A DNA stretch of 51,692 nucleotides, from contig JAKUTG010000001.1 in the NCBI GenBank assembly GCA_022447905.1, positions 1 to 51,692 on the forward strand. The letters run 5' to 3'. Below are positions 26,692-35,276 of this stretch, piece after piece (within the stretch, counting starts at the first letter, position 1; each line of letters starts with the position of its first letter). The position numbers and the translations under genes were made by a program. The notes under the pieces were generated by a model. The model was not told the DNA's origin, did not search any database, and worked only from the letters and a program-made list of their open reading frames with translations. This stretch comes from Pseudomonadales bacterium. GTDB lineage: Bacteria; Pseudomonadota; Gammaproteobacteria; Pseudomonadales; Pseudohongiellaceae.

Positions 26692-27621
26692 ATGAGTACC
26701 GCTTTGCAAGGCGAAGATCAAATTGAATATAACAAAAGTTGCGCGATAATCGTCACTTATAATCCAGACATAACCCCCCTGTTAAAATTATTGCGTCAGT
26801 TAAACAAGGAAACAGATTTTGTAGTGATTGATAATGGATCTCTTGGGATCGAACGATTGGCAGAATCTATTACCGCCTATAAAAAATGTCAGGAAATTAT
26901 ACAACTGGGAAATAATGAGGGGGTAGCCAAGGCCCTTAATATAGGCATCAAGTGGGCTTTGGACAAAGAATACGAATACGTATTCTTGTTTGATCAGGAT
27001 AGCAGCCTGTGTGATCTGTTCGTAAGCCGCATGATTTCTGCTTACAAGGACGCATGTCAGAACAGTCAGAATCATATCGCGGCAGTGGGTCCGCGCATTA
27101 TTAATCCTCGAACTATGCGCCAAACACCGTTTAAATTGTTTAACAGACTAATGTTACGCTCTGACATGTTATTTACGAATAGTAATACTCACTATATTGC
27201 CGATTTTCTTATTACCTCTGGCACTCTGCTTGTCTTGAGGTATATTGATGAAATAGGTGATATGAAGGAAAAATATTTCATCGATAACATTGACTTGGAA
27301 TGGTGCTTTCGAGCCAAATCAAAAGGGTTTGACCTCATAGGCACCGATGCTGCTGTCCTTTACCATGCGATTGGTGAGCACAGTTTTAATCCGTTAGTTA
27401 GGACAGGAATAGTCGCGCAGCATAATCCCGCCCGTACTTACTATTCCAGTAGGAACCGTACTCACCTGTATAGCGTGACATACTGCCCATTAGGTTGGAA
27501 AATTCGAGATATGGTCCGGTTTTTTATCAAGTCTGGATGGCTGCTTTTATCGTCTCATGAACGCAAGCAGTATTGGCTTAACATACGTTCTGGGATTAAA
27601 GATGCTAAATATCTAAACTGA
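26692..27621 (+). CDS. Glycosyltransferase family 2 (rhamnosyltransferase-like)
   Basis: The translation has CAIIVTYNPD...VVIDNGS...NEGVAKALNIG...FLFDQDS. This is a GT-A fold with a DxD-type motif. Confidence 0.85.
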   Translation: MSTALQGEDQIEYNKSCAIIVTYNPDITPLLKLLRQLNKETDFVVIDNGSLGIERLAESITAYKKCQEIIQLGNNEGVAKALNIGIKWALDKEYEYVFLFDQDSSLCDLFVSRMISAYKDACQNSQNHIAAVGPRIINPRTMRQTPFKLFNRLMLRSDMLFTNSNTHYIADFLITSGTLLVLRYIDEIGDMKEKYFIDNIDLEWCFRAKSKGFDLIGTDAAVLYHAIGEHSFNPLVRTGIVAQHNPARTYYSSRNRTHLYSVTYCPLGWKIRDMVRFFIKSGWLLLSSHERKQYWLNIRSGIKDAKYLN

Positions 27622-27626
27622 CTCAA

Positions 27627-28568
27627 ATGAGGACTGAACCAAAAATTGCGATATTGCTTTCTACGTATAATGGTAGCAAGTATCTCATAGAGCAACTAGA
27701 TTCTATTCTTGACCAGTCTTATTTAAATTATGTGATCGTAGCCAGGGATGATGGTTCCTGCGATGACTCCCTTAAAATTCTTGATAAATATTCAAAAAAG
27801 TTTACCGATAAATTTCATTTATTAGATCAAGATAATCTTAATCGAGGAGCGAGTGGCAGTTTTTCCTACCTGATTGAATATGTCCTTGAAAACCAGGAAC
27901 TACTGGGCCTGGCTTCAGCTTACATGATGTTCTGCGATCAGGACGATATATGGTGTGCGGACAAGATTGTTACGCAGGTAGTGGCAATGCTTGAAGCGGA
28001 GGAAGGTCAAACTGGGAAGGAGTCATTGCCATTGCTGATTCACAGTGATTTGTGGGTGGTGTCTGAAGAGAAAGCACTCATTGCCAAATCACTAGTAAGT
28101 TATCAAGGACTAGAAATTGACCGCAATCGGTTTTCCAATCTAGTGATCAGCAACATAGTTACTGGCTGCACAGCGCTGATAAATGAAGCCCTGGCTCGCA
28201 AAGCAGTACCGGTTTCCAGGCAGGCGATCATGCATGATTGGTGGCTGGCCTTGGTGGCGACTGCCTTTGGAAAGCTGGTTTTTATAGAAAGACCTTTAGT
28301 TTACTACCGCCAACATGGTACCAACACCATAGGAGCCAAGGAGTCAGTAAAATCTACGCCAATGCAAAGTTCATTTTGGCAGGAAACATTCGCATGCAAA
28401 CCTAATCAGCATCTATCTGAAGTGGCGTGCCAAGCCGCCGATTTCCAACAACGATTTGGCCGGTATCTAAACACACGGGATAATATTGGGCTACGAATTT
28501 CTATGTGTATGGGCGCGAGGGTCGGGATACTGCAACGAATATTTTACAGGGTGGCGCGGCGATTCTAG
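27627..28568 (+). CDS. Glycosyltransferase family 2
   Basis: The translation has KIAILLSTYNGSKYLIEQLDSILDQSY...VARDDGSCDDS...FCDQDDIW. Confidence 0.85.
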   Translation: MRTEPKIAILLSTYNGSKYLIEQLDSILDQSYLNYVIVARDDGSCDDSLKILDKYSKKFTDKFHLLDQDNLNRGASGSFSYLIEYVLENQELLGLASAYMMFCDQDDIWCADKIVTQVVAMLEAEEGQTGKESLPLLIHSDLWVVSEEKALIAKSLVSYQGLEIDRNRFSNLVISNIVTGCTALINEALARKAVPVSRQAIMHDWWLALVATAFGKLVFIERPLVYYRQHGTNTIGAKESVKSTPMQSSFWQETFACKPNQHLSEVACQAADFQQRFGRYLNTRDNIGLRISMCMGARVGILQRIFYRVARRF

Positions 28569-31500
28569 CCTTGATGCGAAAACAAGCCCCGTAAAGTGGC
28601 TTGAAATTTCTCGTCTGAACATTCGTGTGAAATAGATTGCAAACCCGCTGAACGAACGCGGCGCCACAATTTTTCATCTCGGTATAGGCGGACACACTGC
28701 GCGGCAAATTTCGGTGCTCCATCACCGACTAGCAATTGCTTCCCGTGTTTCCAGCCAAGTTGTTTGGCAAGCAGGCCGGTAGTAACGCTAGGTATACCAC
28801 GCGATGCTGCTTCGTGTACCTTGTGTGGTATACCTGCAGCAAATCGAGTTGGGGCAATTAACAAGCGACGATCGTTGTAGGTACTTGTAATAGAGTCCAG
28901 CCTGCCTAGGAACTGTACGTTTCCACACTCGATGGTTTTCAAGGAGGGAGCGGAACAGTCTCCCACAACATATAACTCGATACCGGGAATTTCCTGTTCT
29001 ATGATAGGTAATACGTTTATGACGAACCATAGCAATGAATCAACATTTGGTGATCCTTCGTCTCGCAATGCGCCTACAAATAAAATCCCACTGCGTTCAT
29101 CAAACCCTTTGTTGCCAGGTTCCGCCTGAAGGGCGTGGCCGAGAACTACTGTGTTGGTGTAACTGGCGTGTTTGTACAAGTCTGCTTCCATTTTTGAGAC
29201 TGAGATGACCTTCTCGGCATTCCTGGCTTGGTTTAACTCTTTTGCTATCAGTTTCTGTTTTTCATCCTCTGTTATAGCCTGACCCAATAGTTCCATTTTC
29301 ATGATATCCCGTGGCGCAAATATGGCCTCGGCATCGTAAAAAACTTTGCTGCCCTCTAGAAGAGCTGGATCCTGATCAACTATATTGTTGAAGAATTCCA
29401 TGTTATGAAGCCGGCTCACCATAATATACTGATAAAAGTTTTTCCGTTTCTCCAGCAAGGGTATTAGCCCGGCGCGTCCTCGATCCAGCAGTACTTCGAT
29501 AGTAGAATCCAAAGTGCTGTAAACAGCACCCCAATCATCCACAGGAAACTGCAGTGGATAGAAGCTCACGTTAAGATTCAGCTCGCATAGGCTATTGAGG
29601 ATATGGGCACTTCGGGGATAACCAGACCCTAAGCTCGGATGGGGAACACAATCATCTATTACCAGGATGTTTGGATGCTTGTTATTAATTCTTGCCGTTA
29701 TCGAATTCGTACCGTCGTTTGCCAACTTGTTGCTCAGATATTCTGGGTGCTTGTCACAAAGAATTTGTTGATGTTTCCGTTGCAGTTTCGATGCTCCTTC
29801 CATGCCACCGGAGCTGGCAAACTCATAGTGCGTAATATTCACCCTGGGATTGTAAATGATGCGCTTACCCCGCTTCTGTAGCCGAATGCAAAAGTCTGAT
29901 TCTTCGTAGTAGGCGGGTGCAAACGCCTCGTCGAATGCGCCAAGCTTGTGGAATTCATCACATCGAAACAACAAGAAGGCACCGGAACAATAGTCCACAT
30001 CCCTCTGGAACATGAATTCTGGTTGCATAGGATCTTGTCCTCGCCCATAACCAAGACAAGCACCATCATTCCAGATTATGCTGCCTGCTTCCTGCAAGCT
30101 ACCATCGAGTAGTTTGATCTTGGCCCCAACTGCGCCGATGCTACTATCACTCTTAAGGGTATTAATAGCAGTGGAGAGGGTTGCTTCTTCTATAACCGCA
30201 TCGTTGTTGAGCAGTAACAGGTATTTTGTTTTGACCTGCTCGGCGGCTTGGTTAACGGCTCTAACGAAACCGAAGTTTTCCTGGTTACGGATGATCTGTG
30301 CGTTTTCAATGTGTTCCAACAATTTTGGTGTCTCATCCGAGGAATTGTTATCAACAATAATGAGTCGGAAAGAAACATCTGCAAACTCTAATAGAGAACG
30401 GAGGCACAGCAGGCTTAGCCGGGCTTGGTTATAGAAAACCAGAACAACGGTTAGGGCGGGGTGGTCTAGAGTCGGGAATTTCAACGTCTGATCAGAAGCA
30501 AAAAATTGTTTCAGGTCTGCTTTGGCTCTAGTGTCATATTCGGCTTTAGTGCCAGCCGATCCATTAGCGGGCGCACCAAATTTTCCGACAAGTATCTCCC
30601 CTGGAGGTTCAGTTTCATCGAATTCTTCGGGTGTTGTATCGTTACCAGGTGGTTCTGTAATTTCTTCAGAACTTTGCTTGGATGGAGTGAAAAGCGAGCG
30701 CAAGAGGCGAAGGGGACTAGTAACTTTCCAACTAAGAGAGTTCAAAATTAAATTCTGGGCTTGCACCAATTGAGTAATATGTAAAGTCAGATGTTCCGAT
30801 TGATCTTCTAATCGCGCAATGTGTGAGCTCAGATGTTCCGATTGATATTCTAATCGCCCAATGTGTGAGTTCAGATGATCTAATTGGTCTTCCAATTGCA
30901 CAATATGTAAGTTCAAATGTTCCGATTGATCTTTCAGTTGCGAGATGCGTAAGGTTAGATCTTTTTCCATAGTCTCTTTGGTATGGGTCAAAGTATCTAG
31001 CTCTGCCCGGCTGGCCAACAATTCTGAATCTTTCTTCTGAATTTTTTTTCGTGAAATTTCCAATTTCTGTTGGCTGTGCTCTAGAATATCGTTTAGCTTG
31101 CCACTTTTTTTGTATTCTTCTTCGAGCCGATTATTTGTAGTGCTCAGCTGCCCAGCAAGATCATTTATGGAGGCAGACTGATCAAGTTCCCCAATGAGCT
31201 GGTTAATATCCTCGCCAGTCCAGAGTGGCTTCCATTTTTCGAAAATAGCGGCGCGCGCTTTTCCCAGCTTGTTGTTTGCACTATATCGGTGGGAATGATC
31301 TCCTGGCTCGGTATCCGAATCACCGCCCTGCCGGTAGTAGGCTGATATCTTGTCGATGTGATGAAAGTTGGTGTCTCTACTCAGTTGTAGCCAGAAGTCC
31401 CAGTCTTCATAGATATTGAACGCTTCGTCAAATCTGCAGCCTTTTTCTACAAGTGAGCGAGCGAAAACCATAGCGTGAATCGGAATGTAGTTATCACGCA

Positions 31501-31945
31501 TTAAGGTAATCGGATCATAGTCACGTTCAAACACATAAGGGATATCTTCTCCTTCCGCATCAGTTTTTTGAACACTACTATAAGCAGCCTTACTATCGGC
31601 GTGGTTATTAAGGTAGTTCACCAGTGTTGTAATGTGATCTGTATCGATCCAGTCGTCGTCATCCAAGAACATCAGGTAATCACCGGTAGATGCTTCCAGT
31701 CCTGCGTTTGCTGCCTCGGACCGTCCTAATGGTCTTTCAAGGCAAACCATTACCGTGTTTAAGGATTCAATTAGGTTTTTGAATATGGATAAATCGCTAT
31801 TGGCTGCATTGACCAAGATGAGTTCAATATGGGGATAAGTTTGCGAGAGTACTGATTCAAGAGTATGGGTCAGCACGGGGCGCCCAATTGTGCGGCAGAT
31901 TATAGAAACCAGTTTCTTCTGTCCCGATGCATTTTCAGTAACCAT
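28565..31945 (-). CDS. 1126-aa multidomain glycosyltransferase: GT2, coiled coil with 14-aa repeats, acidic/Pro linker, GT2, GT1(GT4-like)
   Basis: Residues ~11-230 form a GT2 domain (SIICRTIGRP..., FLDDDDW). Residues ~255-400 are heptad-rich (HLNLHIVQLEDQLD/HLNSHIGRLEYQSE/HLSSHIARLEDQSE/HLTLHITQL). Residues ~420-495 are acidic and Pro-rich. Residues ~497-715 form a second GT2 domain (VVLVFYNQ..IIVDNNSSDET..LLLLNNDAV). Residues ~755-1120 form a GT-B domain (FVGAL...HKVHEAASRGIPSVTT). Confidence 0.9.
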   Translation of the reverse strand: MVTENASGQKKLVSIICRTIGRPVLTHTLESVLSQTYPHIELILVNAANSDLSIFKNLIESLNTVMVCLERPLGRSEAANAGLEASTGDYLMFLDDDDWIDTDHITTLVNYLNNHADSKAAYSSVQKTDAEGEDIPYVFERDYDPITLMRDNYIPIHAMVFARSLVEKGCRFDEAFNIYEDWDFWLQLSRDTNFHHIDKISAYYRQGGDSDTEPGDHSHRYSANNKLGKARAAIFEKWKPLWTGEDINQLIGELDQSASINDLAGQLSTTNNRLEEEYKKSGKLNDILEHSQQKLEISRKKIQKKDSELLASRAELDTLTHTKETMEKDLTLRISQLKDQSEHLNLHIVQLEDQLDHLNSHIGRLEYQSEHLSSHIARLEDQSEHLTLHITQLVQAQNLILNSLSWKVTSPLRLLRSLFTPSKQSSEEITEPPGNDTTPEEFDETEPPGEILVGKFGAPANGSAGTKAEYDTRAKADLKQFFASDQTLKFPTLDHPALTVVLVFYNQARLSLLCLRSLLEFADVSFRLIIVDNNSSDETPKLLEHIENAQIIRNQENFGFVRAVNQAAEQVKTKYLLLLNNDAVIEEATLSTAINTLKSDSSIGAVGAKIKLLDGSLQEAGSIIWNDGACLGYGRGQDPMQPEFMFQRDVDYCSGAFLLFRCDEFHKLGAFDEAFAPAYYEESDFCIRLQKRGKRIIYNPRVNITHYEFASSGGMEGASKLQRKHQQILCDKHPEYLSNKLANDGTNSITARINNKHPNILVIDDCVPHPSLGSGYPRSAHILNSLCELNLNVSFYPLQFPVDDWGAVYSTLDSTIEVLLDRGRAGLIPLLEKRKNFYQYIMVSRLHNMEFFNNIVDQDPALLEGSKVFYDAEAIFAPRDIMKMELLGQAITEDEKQKLIAKELNQARNAEKVISVSKMEADLYKHASYTNTVVLGHALQAEPGNKGFDERSGILFVGALRDEGSPNVDSLLWFVINVLPIIEQEIPGIELYVVGDCSAPSLKTIECGNVQFLGRLDSITSTYNDRRLLIAPTRFAAGIPHKVHEAASRGIPSVTTGLLAKQLGWKHGKQLLVGDGAPKFAAQCVRLYRDEKLWRRVRSAGLQSISHECSDEKFQATLRGLFSHQG
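30787..30954. repeat. Four tandem 42-bp repeats (plus a degenerate copy at ~30745-30786) encoding the 14-aa coiled-coil repeats
   Basis: The units are 30787-30828, 30829-30870, 30871-30912 and 30913-30954. Units 1 and 2 differ at only about 3 positions (TCAGATGTTCCGATTGATCTTCTAATCGCGCAATGTGTGAGC). Confidence 0.85.
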
Positions 31946-31997
31946 AAAAGGAAGGATTCTGGTTTATTTCCATTGCGTCAAGCAATTTAACGCTCAT

Positions 31998-32732
31998 CTA
32001 TTCTATGTTTGCTAGTAGCAATCTATCCAATGCTGCTCCGACAACATGCCCAATAAAATCCAGGAACAGGGTGTCGAGATTCACATTAAAGTAGTTTTCA
32101 GTCCGATTGCCAAAAGCAAGTAGAGCCAGTATTTCACTATTACTAATTACTGGGCATAAAGCAGTTGAAAGAATTTTCTGGTCAGAGTCGGGGAACAGAT
32201 AAGCCAGATGTTCCTCAGTCACAGCGCCGCAATGGGTGCGTTTGAGTCTGAATACATCGTTGAAATCTTTCTTTAGGTTTTCAAGTGATTCTACTTTTAT
32301 TGGTTGTGAGACATTCAGATCGGGATGTTCTACTAGGATAATCTGACAGGCATCGATGTTGTCATGTTTAAAGAGCTGATTCCGGGTAACTTCTGCAATT
32401 TCGGTCACGTTCCCAGCGCGCATTAATGAAAGAACTAGACTGCGAGTTGTCTCGAAAAGGTTATCGTTGTTACGGGCGTTTTTGAGTAGATCATTCAGTT
32501 TATGACGGGCTTCGATGCCTCGATCACGCAGGATGGTGACTTGTTTTTCCAGTAAGGAGATGGCCTTACCACTCTCATGTGGCAGAGAAAGATCGGCAAG
32601 CAGGTCTTCCTGCCGAATAAAAAAATCAGAATTGTTGCGGAGATAAGCCACGACCTGCTCTTCAGTCAATCTCGATGCGCTCGTGCCATTTTCACTGCCA
32701 ACTTGTTCTGCGGCTGAAGTTTCATTACTCAT
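31998..32732 (-). CDS. DUF484 family protein (YigA-like)
   Basis: The protein is 244 aa and contains VVAYLRNNSDFF...LSLPHESGKAISLLEKQVTILRD plus a GAF-like C-terminal half. It overlaps the dapF stop, as in dapF-yigA operons. Confidence 0.85.
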   Translation of the reverse strand: MSNETSAAEQVGSENGTSASRLTEEQVVAYLRNNSDFFIRQEDLLADLSLPHESGKAISLLEKQVTILRDRGIEARHKLNDLLKNARNNDNLFETTRSLVLSLMRAGNVTEIAEVTRNQLFKHDNIDACQIILVEHPDLNVSQPIKVESLENLKKDFNDVFRLKRTHCGAVTEEHLAYLFPDSDQKILSTALCPVISNSEILALLAFGNRTENYFNVNLDTLFLDFIGHVVGAALDRLLLANIE

Positions 32733-33571
32733 AACTCGATTGTCCCCTCATATACGGTGCTCACCGGGCCTGTCATTAGCACCGGAGAAGCTTCTCCTCG
32801 CCACTCGACGATCAGATGACCGCCCCGCAGGTTCACCTTGACCGTATCATCTAAGGCTCCCAGTAGGCAACCGGCCACCATGGCAGCACAGGCACCCGTC
32901 CCGCAGGCTAGGGTTTCTCCGGCCCCACGTTCGTATACTCGTAAATTGATCTCGCATCTGGAGATAATTTGCATGAATCCGACGTTCACTCCCTGCGGGA
33001 AGTCGCTGTGATTTCCTAGCCCTTCTCCAATATCTTTTACGGCAGTCTTGTCAAGGTCTTCAGCTATAATAACTGCGTGGGGATTCCCCATCGATAGTGC
33101 ACAGAATTCCACCGTGGTCTCGTGTCCATCTATTGTTATTAAGCGCGTGTAAGTCTTGGATACTAAATTAGTTTGGAAGGGAATTTCTTCGGGCTTAAAT
33201 ATTGGTTGGCTCATATCTACGGTGACCTCTTCTTGGTCGTTCATGCGAAGAGCTAACACACGGTTAACAGTTTTCACCGTAAGTGGATTCTTGTTGCTGA
33301 GCCCTTTTTGTCGAATGAAACTAGCTAAGCAACGAGCGCCATTGCCACAGTGCTCCACTTCGTCTCCGTCAGCATTGAAAATCCGGTAATTGAAATCAAT
33401 ACCAGGGCTGCTGGGTGGCTCAACTTGTAGGAGCTGATCAAAGCCTATACCGTAATGTCGGTCGGCGAGTTGTCGAATTTGTTCAGTGGTCAATGATGCG
33501 CCATTGGATACCAAATCCAATACTATGAAATCGTTTCCCAATCCATGCATTTTTGTAAATGGAATTTGCAT
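32729..33571 (-). CDS. dapF: Diaminopimelate epimerase
   Basis: The N-terminus is MQIPFTKMHGLGNDF. The two catalytic Cys motifs are EHCGNGARC and ETLACGTGA. I placed the start at the internal Met (33571); the track ORF starts at 33619. Confidence 0.95.
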   Translation of the reverse strand: MQIPFTKMHGLGNDFIVLDLVSNGASLTTEQIRQLADRHYGIGFDQLLQVEPPSSPGIDFNYRIFNADGDEVEHCGNGARCLASFIRQKGLSNKNPLTVKTVNRVLALRMNDQEEVTVDMSQPIFKPEEIPFQTNLVSKTYTRLITIDGHETTVEFCALSMGNPHAVIIAEDLDKTAVKDIGEGLGNHSDFPQGVNVGFMQIISRCEINLRVYERGAGETLACGTGACAAMVAGCLLGALDDTVKVNLRGGHLIVEWRGEASPVLMTGPVSTVYEGTIEL

Positions 33572-33590
33572 ACTTTGATTCTCATTCACG

Positions 33591-34838
33591 CTATTCCGGT
33601 AAGCAGGACTCGCCGGCAAACAGTTCAGTAATCGTTTCTCGTGGGCGCACTAGGTAACTCTTATCGCGGTCAACCATAATTTCGGCGGAACGGGGTCGTG
33701 TATTGTAGTTTGAGCTCATAGCAAAGCCGTAAGCGCCCGCTGATCTGACAGCCAAAAGATCGCCGGCCTTAATACATAATACTCGTTCTTTGCCTAGAAA
33801 ATCGGAAGATTCACACACAGGTCCTACAACATCATAGGTAATTCCATCACCCTGGCGTCTGTTCACCGGAATGATCTCCTGCCACGCTCCGTATAGAGCT
33901 GGCCTCAGTAAATCATTCATGGCTCCGTCAATAATTGCAAAATTCTTGTGGTTGGTTTGCTTAAGATATTCTACTTTCGTTATAAAAATCCCTGCGTTTG
34001 CCGAAATCGTTCGGCCAGGTTCAATTAGTAATGTCATTTCCCGGTTAGCGAACCGACTTCTGATCATCGCAATCAGTTCAGAAGGATGTGGAGGTTCTTC
34101 TTCCCCATAGGTAACCCCTAGTCCACCGCCCACGTCAAAATGAGTCAGCAGTATGCCTTCATCGGCCAATCGGTCAGCCAAGGTCAGCAATCGATCGGTA
34201 GCGTCCAGAAAAGGTTCGACACTTGTTAACTGTGATCCTATATGGCAATCGATACCAAGAATTTTTATTCCTTCTAGGATGGCGGCACGACGATATATGT
34301 CGATCGAGTGTTCATAAGGAATGCCGAACTTATTTTCTTTTTGGCCGGTAGAAATGTAAGGGTGCGTATCTGTATTCACATCTGGATTTACACGCACGGA
34401 GATAGGTGCTTTTTTGCCCAGTCTCTGGGCAATCCGGTCAATACGGTCCAATTCGGCTCCTGACTCGATATTGAAGCAATAAATACCCAGTTGCAGAGCT
34501 CGTTCGATTTCAGCTTCGGTCTTACCTAGACCTGAAAAGATTACTTTGCTGGTATCACCTCCGGCCGCGATCACCCTTTCTAGTTCTCCCCCGGATACTA
34601 TATCGAAGCTGGCACCGAGGCGGGCAAGAACGTTTATGACTGCCAAGTTAGAATTCGCCTTAACGGCAAAGCATATAAGATGAGGGCATCCCTCAAGTGC
34701 TTCCTGGTAAACACCGTAATGGCGTTCCAAGGTGGCTCGAGAGTAAATAAAACAGGGAGTACCGTATTTTTGGGCAATATCTGCAACAGGTACCGCTTCG
34801 GCAAACAGTGAGTCGCCTTTGTAATTAAAATAATCCAT
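33591..34838 (-). CDS. lysA: Diaminopimelate decarboxylase
   Basis: The translation has FAVKANSN (PLP Lys), HIGSQ, GGGLG and CESSD. Confidence 0.95.
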   Translation of the reverse strand: MDYFNYKGDSLFAEAVPVADIAQKYGTPCFIYSRATLERHYGVYQEALEGCPHLICFAVKANSNLAVINVLARLGASFDIVSGGELERVIAAGGDTSKVIFSGLGKTEAEIERALQLGIYCFNIESGAELDRIDRIAQRLGKKAPISVRVNPDVNTDTHPYISTGQKENKFGIPYEHSIDIYRRAAILEGIKILGIDCHIGSQLTSVEPFLDATDRLLTLADRLADEGILLTHFDVGGGLGVTYGEEEPPHPSELIAMIRSRFANREMTLLIEPGRTISANAGIFITKVEYLKQTNHKNFAIIDGAMNDLLRPALYGAWQEIIPVNRRQGDGITYDVVGPVCESSDFLGKERVLCIKAGDLLAVRSAGAYGFAMSSNYNTRPRSAEIMVDRDKSYLVRPRETITELFAGESCLPE

Positions 34839-34885
34839 TGGTTGTTTAACGATTTGATTATTTGGTATCCCTCGATAGAGGGCAG

Positions 34886-35005
34886 TTATTTAGAGGCGAG
34901 TGTAAGCTCGACTTGTTCGGGGCGAGTTAAACCGCCTTTCTGGCCACAATGTGCAAGAAATAATGCAAATACGCCAATTAGCAATAAACTAATAATTCGG
35001 TTCAT
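34886..35005 (-). CDS. lptM: Small lipoprotein LptM (YifL-like), 39 aa, below the ORF-track cutoff
   Basis: Hand translation gives MNRIISLLLIGVFALFLAHCGQKGGLTRPEQVELTLASK*. It has a lipobox (FLAH-C) and the CGQKG motif. It lies directly upstream of lysA, as in pseudomonads. Confidence 0.7.
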   Translation of the reverse strand: MNRIISLLLIGVFALFLAHCGQKGGLTRPEQVELTLASK

Positions 35006-35155
35006 TGTTGAGTAACGCGTTTAGTAGCCTCAGGGAGGCGGCGATTATAAACTGTCGGCGCCTATAAACACAGTCAATTTTGATCTTCTTCAAAAAACTG
35101 TATGTTATTCTAGTTCACTGATTTATATGAATATTATATTGTTTCTCTTGTTGTC

Positions 35156-35185
35156 TTGAAAATTCAATAGCACATGCATTATAGT
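35156..35185 (+). promoter_or_regulatory. Candidate sigma70 promoter for the ABC operon
   Basis: The elements are TTGAAA (35156-61), an 18-nt spacer and TATAGT (35180-85), about 90 nt upstream of the ATG at 35277. This rests on a consensus match only. Confidence 0.3.
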
Positions 35186-35276
35186 TGCCGCTCCAAATTT
35201 TACAGATATGGCTTCACCCCATCGACCCTCTTAATTAGGAGGAGTTCGCTGATAAAAAATTAGGACTAGAAAGAAA

